64,000 nt of DNA, from contig JAZSON010000012.1 in NCBI GenBank assembly GCA_045536965.1, positions 147,889-211,888 of the forward strand. The letters run 5' to 3'. The stretch's first letter is position 1, and every line of letters starts with the position of its first letter. A model generated the notes under the pieces. It was not told where the DNA came from, ran no database searches, and saw only the letters and a program-made list of their open reading frames with translations. This document shows, one piece after another, positions 54,017 through 62,361 of this stretch. The position numbers and the translations under genes were made by a program. Origin of the DNA: Eubacteriales bacterium (GTDB taxonomy: Bacteria; Bacillota; Clostridia; Oscillospirales; SIG627).

Positions 54017-55393
54017 TCAGCACATTTCTTCGGGATGGAATACCTCATCAAATTTTTCTGCCGTCAAAAAGCCGAGTTCTACACAGGCTTCTTTGAGCGA
54101 AATGTTGTCTTTGTATGCTTTCTTTGCCGTTTTGGCCGCATTTTCATATCCGATATAAGGATTGAGCGCAGTAACGAGCATCAGTGAATTGTGCAGATTG
54201 TGATGCATCTTTTCTCGATTGGCTTTAATTCCTACCGCGCAATTCTTATTGAAAGAAACGATGACCTCGGCAAGAAGTCTCGCCGACTGCAGGAAATTGT
54301 AAGCCGCCACGGGCATAAACACGTTCAATTCGAAGTTGCCCTGCGATGCTGCGACACCGACTGCCACATCATTACCCATCACCTGCGCGGCAACCATGGT
54401 CACCGCCTCGCACTGGGTAGGATTGACCTTACCCGGCATAATGGAGGAACCCGGTTCGTTTTCGGGAATGAAAATTTCACCCAAACCATCGCGGGGGCCG
54501 GATGCAAGCCAACGCACGTCATTGGCTATTTTCATCATATCACAAGCGGTCGCTTTGATGGCGCCGTGCGCAAAGACAAGTTCGTCCTTAGAGGTAAGCG
54601 CATGGAATTTATTGGCCGCCGTTACAAAGGGTTTGCCCGTCAACAAGGCGCATTTTTCAGCGACGAGAGTATCAAATCCTTTGGGGGCGTTCAAGCCGGT
54701 TCCGACAGCGGTACCGCCAAGCGCCAGTTCAAGAAGAGGTTTTACCGACAATTTCAAGAGTTCTACATCGCGTTCGAGCGAAGAACGCCAACCGCTGATT
54801 TCTTGGCTGAATTTGATCGGAGTGGCATCCTGCAAATGGGTTCGACCCGATTTTACAATGCCTTCATTTTCGTCTTCAAGACGCTTAAAGGTGGCAATCA
54901 ATTCTTCGACCGCCGGAATCAATTTATCTTCCAACGCAATAACAGCAGAAATGTGCATTGCGGTGGGGAAGGTATCGTTGCTCGATTGACTCATGTTCAC
55001 ATCATCGTTGGGATGGGTCAATTCTTTGCCCGCGATTTGGTTGGCACGGTTGCGAATGACCTCATTGGAGTTCATGTTCGACTGCGTACCCGAACCCGTT
55101 TGCCATACGACAAGAGGAAAGTGATCCATCAACTTACCTGCAATCACTTCATCGCAGGCGGCGGTGATCGCATCCACTTTTTCTTTTGTCATCTTTTCGG
55201 GCTTTAACTCGTGGTTGGCCAAAGCAGCGGCTTTTTTCAAAATGCCGAAAGCATGTACGATCTCGCGCGGCATGGTTTCAATGCCTACACCGATCTCAAA
55301 GTTTTCGCAACTTCTCTGCGTTTGCGCTGCCCACAATCTATCTGCGGGTACTTTCATTTCTCCCATAGAGTCATGTTCAATCCGATATTCCAT
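54017..55393 (-). CDS. fumC: Class II fumarate hydratase
   Basis: EHDSMGEMKVPADRLWAAQTQRS, GSSIMPGKVNPTQCE. Confidence 0.9.
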   Translation of the reverse strand: MEYRIEHDSMGEMKVPADRLWAAQTQRSCENFEIGVGIETMPREIVHAFGILKKAAALANHELKPEKMTKEKVDAITAACDEVIAGKLMDHFPLVVWQTGSGTQSNMNSNEVIRNRANQIAGKELTHPNDDVNMSQSSNDTFPTAMHISAVIALEDKLIPAVEELIATFKRLEDENEGIVKSGRTHLQDATPIKFSQEISGWRSSLERDVELLKLSVKPLLELALGGTAVGTGLNAPKGFDTLVAEKCALLTGKPFVTAANKFHALTSKDELVFAHGAIKATACDMMKIANDVRWLASGPRDGLGEIFIPENEPGSSIMPGKVNPTQCEAVTMVAAQVMGNDVAVGVAASQGNFELNVFMPVAAYNFLQSARLLAEVIVSFNKNCAVGIKANREKMHHNLHNSLMLVTALNPYIGYENAAKTAKKAYKDNISLKEACVELGFLTAEKFDEVFHPEEMC

Positions 55394-55462
55394 CTCGCGT
55401 TTCCTTTCTGCTAATAGAAAAATACAAAGTTATGAGAAAATATTTTTAATTGGTTTCAGATC

Positions 55463-56416
55463 TTACCACGAAACACCCGCAATGACTGCTTTGAGCGCTT
55501 CTGCGGATTTGTGCATTTTTTCATGCTCTTCGGGCGAGAGATTTGTGGTAAGAATAGAGCGCACACCCGTATGATCCACCAGCGAAAGAGAGCTGAGGCA
55601 AACATCATGCAAATCGCATTCGCCTTCATGGAGCGCAGAAACCGTCAACACGGCACCTGCACTGCCACCGAGCATTTTGACAATGTGCGTGGTAGCCATA
55701 CCGATTCCGTAAACGGTAGAGCCCTTGCGAGCAATGATTTTACCGCCGGATTTTCTAACATAATTTTCGACATCCTCACGATCATATTTGATCGGAACGT
55801 TATAGATAGACGTCGTCGCCAGGTTATATTCATCGAGAGGAACACCCGCGATGGTTGCGGAAGACCAAGCCACGAAGGATGTATCGCCATGTTCACCGAG
55901 AACATGGGCGTGCACCTGTTGTTTATTGACATTGTAAATCTCGGCAAGACGGGTACGGAGACGAATGGTATCCAATGCCGTTCCTGTGCCGAACACCTGA
56001 TTTTTAGGCAGTCCCGAATATTTCAAAAACGCGTATGTTAATATATCCACAGGATTTGCTACAAGAATATAGATGGCATTGGGAGCCACTTTAATAATGG
56101 GTTGGCAAATTTGCTTGATGATACCCACGTTGGTTTGCACGAGTTCAAGACGAGACTGTCCCGGTTTTCTTCCGATGCCCGAAGTAATAATCACAACATC
56201 CGATCCGGCTGCATCCTCATAACTTCCCGCATAAATATCGCAGTTGTCGATAAAAGGGGTTCCCTGCTTAATATCCAGTGCCTCACCGAGCGCTCTCTCG
56301 GTGTTGATATCAATCAAAACGATCTCGGAAGCCGCCCCGCGGGTAAGCAAGGCAAACGCAGCGGTTGCACCAACTGCACCGGCTCCTATAATTGTGATTT
56401 TCTTTTGCATGGTCAA
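55463..56416 (-). CDS. mdh: LDH-family 2-hydroxyacid dehydrogenase, predicted malate dehydrogenase
   Basis: ITIIGAGAVGATAAFAL, and GIGRKPGQSRLEL with Arg where L-LDHs carry Gln. Catalytic H in LGEHGD. Confidence 0.6.
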   Translation of the reverse strand: MTMQKKITIIGAGAVGATAAFALLTRGAASEIVLIDINTERALGEALDIKQGTPFIDNCDIYAGSYEDAAGSDVVIITSGIGRKPGQSRLELVQTNVGIIKQICQPIIKVAPNAIYILVANPVDILTYAFLKYSGLPKNQVFGTGTALDTIRLRTRLAEIYNVNKQQVHAHVLGEHGDTSFVAWSSATIAGVPLDEYNLATTSIYNVPIKYDREDVENYVRKSGGKIIARKGSTVYGIGMATTHIVKMLGGSAGAVLTVSALHEGECDLHDVCLSSLSLVDHTGVRSILTTNLSPEEHEKMHKSAEALKAVIAGVSW

Positions 56417-56428
56417 TCTCCTATCTGA

Positions 56429-56965
56429 TTAAAAATAACATACTTTGACCCATTTTCCCATTTTCATCAGGCAATCGGATAATTCCTTGACGAGATTCAT
56501 TTTTTTATCAAAAGGAATGGGAAAATCGGAAGATTGGTGGGCAGGATTTATTGCCTGACCCACAAAAAAATTCACATTGTTTGCTTTTTCAAATAAAAAT
56601 CGGCCGATTAAGGAAGCACCGTCCTCCATGAAACGCCACTCCCCATATAATTTTCTGTCACCAAGGTAATCCTTTGCGTACAACAAAACCTTGTCGAGGG
56701 TCAACACGCCGTCTGTCACGAGATCCACACCCTCAAGATGGGCGATTGGCGGAACATCATCACAGACATAATCCAAACCGACACGAAGCGGCTTGTCAAG
56801 ATATTTCGCCGCAATCGAAGCGGTTGTGCCGCCGCACACGATGTGAATACCCTCTTCGGCAAAAAAACGAGACGTCATTTTTGTCGCCTTATCAGGAGCG
56901 GCGGGAGGACCGAATAATATATTCAACGTCTTATGTGTTTCGGTCTGTTCACACAAATCCTTCAT
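56429..56965 (-). CDS. Hypothetical protein (178 aa), first gene of the mdh-fumC-hdr-flx-frd unit
   Basis: RBS aaaggag. Contains the IVCGGTTASIAAKYL motif. No confident family assignment. Confidence 0.4.
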   Translation of the reverse strand: MKDLCEQTETHKTLNILFGPPAAPDKATKMTSRFFAEEGIHIVCGGTTASIAAKYLDKPLRVGLDYVCDDVPPIAHLEGVDLVTDGVLTLDKVLLYAKDYLGDRKLYGEWRFMEDGASLIGRFLFEKANNVNFFVGQAINPAHQSSDFPIPFDKKMNLVKELSDCLMKMGKWVKVCYF

Positions 56966-57120
56966 CGCCGACAGACTCCTTTATTGCTCCGCAAAAAGTT
57001 TCAGTTCCGCTGCCTTTTTTTTGCAAAGGGCGGCGGAAGCAATACCCGTATAACATACACACAGCGCCCTCTCTCTTTTACGAGACGAAAAGGAGCGGTG
57101 TACAGACAAAAGAATTATAT

Positions 57121-58806
57121 TCAGTGTTTCTTATAATGAACGTGAAGCATTCCGTGGACATCGCCTTTGATCACGTCCTCATAGATAGCCGCCAAAGCGG
57201 GGTTTTCTTCGCTTCTTCTGATGCTCAAAAGACGGTCGGCTTCATAGAGACCGCGGCTGCGAGCGCCGCAACCATCCTTATCAACATACGGCTGGCCGCC
57301 GCCGTTGATACATCCGCCCGGACAAGCCATGATTTCAATGAAATCAAAGTGTTCTCCGGCCTTCACTCTTTCGAGAACGGATTCTGCATTGCCCAGACCG
57401 CTGACAACAGCAATCTTCAATTCTTTTTCGCCGAAAGGAACCGTAAATTCTTTAATGCCGTCGTTGCCTCTCTGTCCTGCGTTAGCAACAGACATAAGAG
57501 CGCCGCGGGTTTTGTCGGAAGAAACTCTGCGAAGAACCGCTTCTGTTACACCGCCGGTCACGCCGAAAATAACACCTGCGCCGGAAATGGTACCAAACGG
57601 CATATCCACAGCTTCGGGCTCCAATACATCAAACATAACGCCGGATTCCTTGATCATAACAATCAGCTCTTGGGTGGTGATAACAGCATCCACATTCGGA
57701 CCGAGCTCGGTTTTGAATTCTTCTCTTTCGGCCTCGAATTTCTTACCCGTACAAGGCATGATGGCTACATGGAACATCTTTTTGCCGGAATCATCACGTT
57801 TCTTCAAAACGGAAGCCATCATCTGCATGGGAGAACGGCAGGTAGAAACATTGGGCAAAAATTCAGGATGCTTCTTCTCGCAGAACTGAATCCAACCGGG
57901 ACAGCAGGAGGTGATGAGGGGGAGGTTTTCACCCGATTCAAGACGAGCGGCAAATTCTGCGGATTCCTCCAAAACGGTCAGGTCGGCACCGAGCGTGGTA
58001 TCATACAGCTCATCAAAGCCCATGCGACGAAGTGCGGCGACGATTTTACCGAACACATTTGAACCCTCGGGCATGTCGAGCTCTTTGCCGATGGCAACAC
58101 GAACGGCGGGGGCAATCTGTACGGTGGTTTTTACATTGGGATCGTCAATCGCTTTCCAGACCTTATCGATGTCATTCTTGACAACGATAGCACCGGTAGG
58201 ACAAACAGCCGCACACTGGCCGCAACCAACACAGGGAGATTCGGCAAGAGGCTTGCCAAACGCCGTGCTGATGATCATATTGGAACCGCGACGGGCAAAA
58301 TCAATGGCGCCGACGTGCTGGATCTCGTTACAAACTCTGACGCAATCGCCGCAAAGAATGCACTTGCCGGCATCGCGAGAAATGCAGGGAGAGGATTCAT
58401 CTTCCCCTTTAGTGGATTTGGCGCGATTGGGGAAGCGAACGCCTTCGATGTTAAAGCGCATCGCAAGATCCTGCAATATACATTTGTTGTTGTTTTCACA
58501 AATCGTGCAATCTCTGCAATGGTTTGCAAGAAGAAGTTCAAGAATGTTTTTGCGGTAACGACGCAGTCTTTCGGTGTTGGTCTTTACCGATGCGCCCGCC
58601 TTGGGAGGCATGGAGCAAGCGGCATCCAAACCGCCCCACTCGTTTTCTACCATACACATACGGCAGGCACCGTATATAGAAAGCTCCGAATGATAGCAGA
58701 AGGTAGGCATTTTAATGCCAATCTTGCGGCACAGTTCAAGAACGTTCTTTTCCCCCTCGATCAGTACGGGGATGCCATCTATGATCATATATTTCTTATC
58801 GCTCAT
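57121..58806 (-). CDS. hydA: [FeFe]-hydrogenase catalytic subunit HydA (multimeric, bifurcating type)
   Basis: Start at MSDKKY (AGGAGG upstream). N-terminal 2Fe-2S and F-cluster cysteines. H-cluster motifs TSCCPGW, MPCTGKKFEA, EIMACPGGCINGGGQP. Confidence 0.9.
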   Translation of the reverse strand: MSDKKYMIIDGIPVLIEGEKNVLELCRKIGIKMPTFCYHSELSIYGACRMCMVENEWGGLDAACSMPPKAGASVKTNTERLRRYRKNILELLLANHCRDCTICENNNKCILQDLAMRFNIEGVRFPNRAKSTKGEDESSPCISRDAGKCILCGDCVRVCNEIQHVGAIDFARRGSNMIISTAFGKPLAESPCVGCGQCAAVCPTGAIVVKNDIDKVWKAIDDPNVKTTVQIAPAVRVAIGKELDMPEGSNVFGKIVAALRRMGFDELYDTTLGADLTVLEESAEFAARLESGENLPLITSCCPGWIQFCEKKHPEFLPNVSTCRSPMQMMASVLKKRDDSGKKMFHVAIMPCTGKKFEAEREEFKTELGPNVDAVITTQELIVMIKESGVMFDVLEPEAVDMPFGTISGAGVIFGVTGGVTEAVLRRVSSDKTRGALMSVANAGQRGNDGIKEFTVPFGEKELKIAVVSGLGNAESVLERVKAGEHFDFIEIMACPGGCINGGGQPYVDKDGCGARSRGLYEADRLLSIRRSEENPALAAIYEDVIKGDVHGMLHVHYKKH

Positions 58807-58807
58807 T

Positions 58808-60694
58808 TTAGTCCTCCTTGATTGCCTTGAAAGCACAGGTGCTGATGCAGCTTCCGCAGCGGATACATTTACTAAGATCAATGGTAAACGGCTCTTTCAC
58901 CTTTCCGCTGATGGCGGAAACGGGACATGCGCGCGCACACTTGCTGCAACCCTTGCAAAGCGCAGGATCGATATAAATTCTCTTCAGCTTTTGGCAAGCG
59001 CCTGCGGGGCAACGCTTTTCGTAAATATGCGCTTCATATTCATCGCGGAAGTTTTTGATGGTGCTGACAACAGGGGAGGATGCAGATTTACCCAAACCGC
59101 AAAGCGCTGTGGCGGAAATGGTTTCGGCCAGTTCCAAAAGCAACTCGATGTCGCCGTCTCTGCCTTCGCCTGCTACGATTCTTTCGAGAATTTCAAGCAT
59201 TCTCTTGGTGCCTTCACGACAAGGAACACATTTACCGCAGGATTCATTCTGCGTAAAGTTCATAAAGAAGCGGGCAACCTCAACCATACAGGTGTTGGTA
59301 TCCATAACAACGAGACCGCCCGAACCGACCATGGCGCCCACTTTTTTGAGGGTATCAAAGTCAAGGGGCATATCCAAATGCTCTTTGGTCAAACAAGCGC
59401 CCGAAGGACCGCCGATCTGAACTGCCTTGAATTCAGCGCCGTTTTTCATGCCGCCGCCGATATCAAAGATAACTTCACGCAACGTAGATCCCATGGGGAT
59501 TTCGATCAGACCGGTATTTTCGATGGCACCCGTCAGCGAGAAGGTCTTACAACCCGAGCTATTTTCTGTGCCGATGGTGCGGAACCAATCTGCGCCCATC
59601 TCAACAATCTTCGGCACGTTTGCGTATGTTTCAACGTTGTTCAAAACGGTAGGCTTATCAAAAAGTCCATGTTCAACGGTACGCGGGGGTTTGACACGGG
59701 GGAAACCGCGATTGCCTTCGATGGAGGCGGTCAAAGCCGAACCTTCACCGCAAACGAATGCGCCTGCACCGCGATTGATGTGCATATGGAAATTAAAATC
59801 GGTGCCCAAAATGTTTTCGCCGAGGAGACCTCTTTCTTCCAATGTTTTAATGGCAAGTTTTAAGCGCTTAACACTTTGAGGATATTCCGCACGCACATAA
59901 ATATAACCGTTTTCGGCTTTTACGGCGTATGCCGCGATCATCATACCTTCAATCAGCTTATAGGGATCGCCTTCCATAACAGAGCCGTCCATAAAAGCGC
60001 CGGGGTCGCCTTCGTCGCCGTTACAAACAACGTAACGGACGGTTTCTTTCTGTCTGGCAACCTGTTTCCACTTTTTGCCCGTGGGGAATCCGCCGCCGCC
60101 ACGGCCACGAAGTCCCGATTTTTCGATCTCATCGAGAACCACATCTCGTCCCATTTCGAAAACGGCTTTTTCAAAAGCTTTGAAGCCGCCCGCTGCAAGA
60201 TATTCATCCAGCGATTCGGAATCAAAGTGTCCGCAGTTTTCAAGAACCATGCGAGTCTGTTTGGCAATGAAAGGAATTTCGGAGGGGCTTTCAAACACCT
60301 TACCGTCTTTGTGGTAAAGAAGTTCTTCAATAATCTCATCACCGAGAACGGATTTTTCAAAAATGGTCTTACAGGTGTCGGGCTGTACTTTAACGTACTG
60401 CACAACCTTTTCGCCTTTTTGAATACGAACCAAAGGACCAAGTTCACAGCAACCCTGGCAACCCGTTTGCTTTACACCCACAAGAGCTTCATGCTCTTTT
60501 GCATCGTGGGGAGCAAATTCAAGCGTCACACCGGGAGCATCCTTCACAAGATCTTCAAAGATTTCATAAATTTTGTTCGATCCTGTCGCAATACATCCCG
60601 TGCCCGAGCAAACAAGAATACGGCAATCGTAACCCGCAATCGCTTTCAGCGCATCTTCGCGCGTCCGATTCAAGTCTTCACGCACTTTAATCAT
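58808..60694 (-). CDS. hydB: NuoF-like NADH-binding flavoprotein subunit HydB
   Basis: GRGGGGFPTGKKW, NGDEGDPGAFMD, ESCGKCVPCREG, and two C-terminal ferredoxin motifs. Confidence 0.9.
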   Translation of the reverse strand: MIKVREDLNRTREDALKAIAGYDCRILVCSGTGCIATGSNKIYEIFEDLVKDAPGVTLEFAPHDAKEHEALVGVKQTGCQGCCELGPLVRIQKGEKVVQYVKVQPDTCKTIFEKSVLGDEIIEELLYHKDGKVFESPSEIPFIAKQTRMVLENCGHFDSESLDEYLAAGGFKAFEKAVFEMGRDVVLDEIEKSGLRGRGGGGFPTGKKWKQVARQKETVRYVVCNGDEGDPGAFMDGSVMEGDPYKLIEGMMIAAYAVKAENGYIYVRAEYPQSVKRLKLAIKTLEERGLLGENILGTDFNFHMHINRGAGAFVCGEGSALTASIEGNRGFPRVKPPRTVEHGLFDKPTVLNNVETYANVPKIVEMGADWFRTIGTENSSGCKTFSLTGAIENTGLIEIPMGSTLREVIFDIGGGMKNGAEFKAVQIGGPSGACLTKEHLDMPLDFDTLKKVGAMVGSGGLVVMDTNTCMVEVARFFMNFTQNESCGKCVPCREGTKRMLEILERIVAGEGRDGDIELLLELAETISATALCGLGKSASSPVVSTIKNFRDEYEAHIYEKRCPAGACQKLKRIYIDPALCKGCSKCARACPVSAISGKVKEPFTIDLSKCIRCGSCISTCAFKAIKED

Positions 60695-61170
60695 TATTCT
60701 CTACCTCTCAATTCTTTCAGAACTTCCACAACCTTTTCGGGGGTCATAGCTGCATATACCTGCTCGTTGACCATCATGGTCGGTGCAAGACCGCAAGCAC
60801 CGAGACAAGAAACGGTTTCTACGGTGAACATCAAATCATCGGTGGTGTGCTTTTCTTTGGAAAGACCAAGTTCTCTCCAAAGCGCTTCAAGCACAGGTGT
60901 CGAGTGACGTACATGGCACGCGGTACCATCACACACTTTGATTACATATTTTCCCTTCGGCTCGAAAGAGAAGTTCTCGTAAAAAGTAGCAATGCTGTAA
61001 ATTTTCGCCTCGCTCATTCCCAGTTTTTCCGCAAGCATCGGAACGACCTCGCCGGGAAGATAGCGATAAACCTCTTGGATTTCTTGCAGAATGGAAATAA
61101 TGTTCACTTGCTTATAGCCGTGCTTCTCCATTATTTCATTTACTACGCCTGCATCAAATTTTTCTGCCAT
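60694..61170 (-). CDS. hydC: NuoE-like thioredoxin-fold 2Fe-2S subunit HydC
   Basis: VCDGTACHVRH...SCLGACGLAP. Confidence 0.85.
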   Translation of the reverse strand: MAEKFDAGVVNEIMEKHGYKQVNIISILQEIQEVYRYLPGEVVPMLAEKLGMSEAKIYSIATFYENFSFEPKGKYVIKVCDGTACHVRHSTPVLEALWRELGLSKEKHTTDDLMFTVETVSCLGACGLAPTMMVNEQVYAAMTPEKVVEVLKELRGRE

Positions 61171-61214
61171 TTCTTTTTTCTCCTTTATCCTTACTTAATT
61201 ATCTTTCTCTGTTT

Positions 61215-61457
61215 TTACAAAACATCCAAAACGTTTTGTTTAAAAAACGCATCCGCCGTTTCGGGCAGTACCGAAAAAACATTTTCGCCCACCGAAACAC
61301 AAACACCCTCTTGGCACCTGCCCATACAGAATGTTCCGCTCAAATTGACCTTGTCTCCAACACCGTTTTGAACGATCAACTCCTGTAACCGCGCTACCAC
61401 GCGTCTCGCGCCCTTGATGTGGCACGAACTTCCAATGCAAACCGTAATATCCAGCAT
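61215..61457 (-). CDS. Small (2Fe-2S) ferredoxin-domain protein associated with the hydrogenase
   Basis: 80 aa: MLDITVCIGSSCHIKGARRV...GTFCMGRCQEGVCV. Confidence 0.7.
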   Translation of the reverse strand: MLDITVCIGSSCHIKGARRVVARLQELIVQNGVGDKVNLSGTFCMGRCQEGVCVSVGENVFSVLPETADAFFKQNVLDVL

Positions 61458-61518
61458 ATTCTATCACCTCGTCTTTATATTGTATGTTCAAGCAGCCAAC
61501 GGATCCCGCCGCCGCATA

Positions 61519-62151
61519 TCACGCAAGTCGATTATTTAAATGCGCAAGAGAAAGCGCTAAGTTTTCCTGTTTGAAAAGAACGGTCGAAGGCACATTCAAC
61601 ACGCAGGGTGCGAAATTCCATATCGCCTCAATGCCGCAATCCGTCAGCGTGTCACAAACCTGTTGCGCCGAGCCCTTTCCAACCGTGATAATACCGATTT
61701 TTACATTGTTTTCGGCACAATATGCTTTGAGATCGGAAATGGGCAGGATCGGTTTGGAGGTTTTCCCAAATTGCAATGCCTTTTCATCGCAATCGAAACC
61801 CGCGACCACTTTCACACCATACTCCTCAAACCCCTCATAATCCAAAAGGGCCCTCCCGAGTTTTCCTGCGCCAACCAAAACCGCATTCGTAAGTTTATTG
61901 TACCCGAGACAAAATTCGATGGCAGCTACCAGCTCGGTTCGCTCATATCCGATTTTCGGTTTTCCTGCACCGCTGACGGTTGCAAGGTCCTTGCGCACCT
62001 GCACCTCACCCAGCGACAATCCGCGGGCAATCGCAGCCGACGAAATTGTCACGCCGCATTCTTCGGGCAGTTTTTTCAGATACTGCAAATAAAGCGGAAG
62101 CCGTCCAAGCGTCGCTTTTGAAATGGATCGCCTGGTCATATATCGCGCCAC
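61519..62151 (-). CDS. rex: Redox-sensing transcriptional repressor Rex
   Basis: ISKATLGRLPLYLQYLKKL winged helix, plus Rossmann motif AVLVGAGKLGRAL. Confidence 0.9.
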   Translation of the reverse strand: MARYMTRRSISKATLGRLPLYLQYLKKLPEECGVTISSAAIARGLSLGEVQVRKDLATVSGAGKPKIGYERTELVAAIEFCLGYNKLTNAVLVGAGKLGRALLDYEGFEEYGVKVVAGFDCDEKALQFGKTSKPILPISDLKAYCAENNVKIGIITVGKGSAQQVCDTLTDCGIEAIWNFAPCVLNVPSTVLFKQENLALSLAHLNNRLA

Positions 62152-62361
62152 CTCCTCGTTTTTTCGCTATTTTCACTCATATTCTATGGTATTCTATCAT
62201 ATTTTTATTGCGGTGGGAATTATACAAATGTTATATCGAGGTTATATATATCGATATAACCAAAATCGATATTATCTGCATCAATGGAAACGGGCGGCTT
62301 TGCTTTTTTGCAAAACCGCCCGTTTTTCAACACTTTTTCCTCAAAATCAATTTATAAAAAA

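Noticed and set aside
56674-60907. Three long plus-strand ORFs: 56674..58062, 58715..59863 and 59876..60907.
   Set aside because: They are antisense shadows of hydA, hydB and hydC. The minus-strand products carry complete H-cluster and NuoF/NuoE motifs.
61458-62300. Canonical Rex operators (TTGTGAA/TTGTTAA-n-TTCACAA/TTAACAA) upstream of rex and the hydrogenase genes.
   Set aside because: I could not find a convincing match by eye. The element is not reported as a feature and needs a PWM scan.
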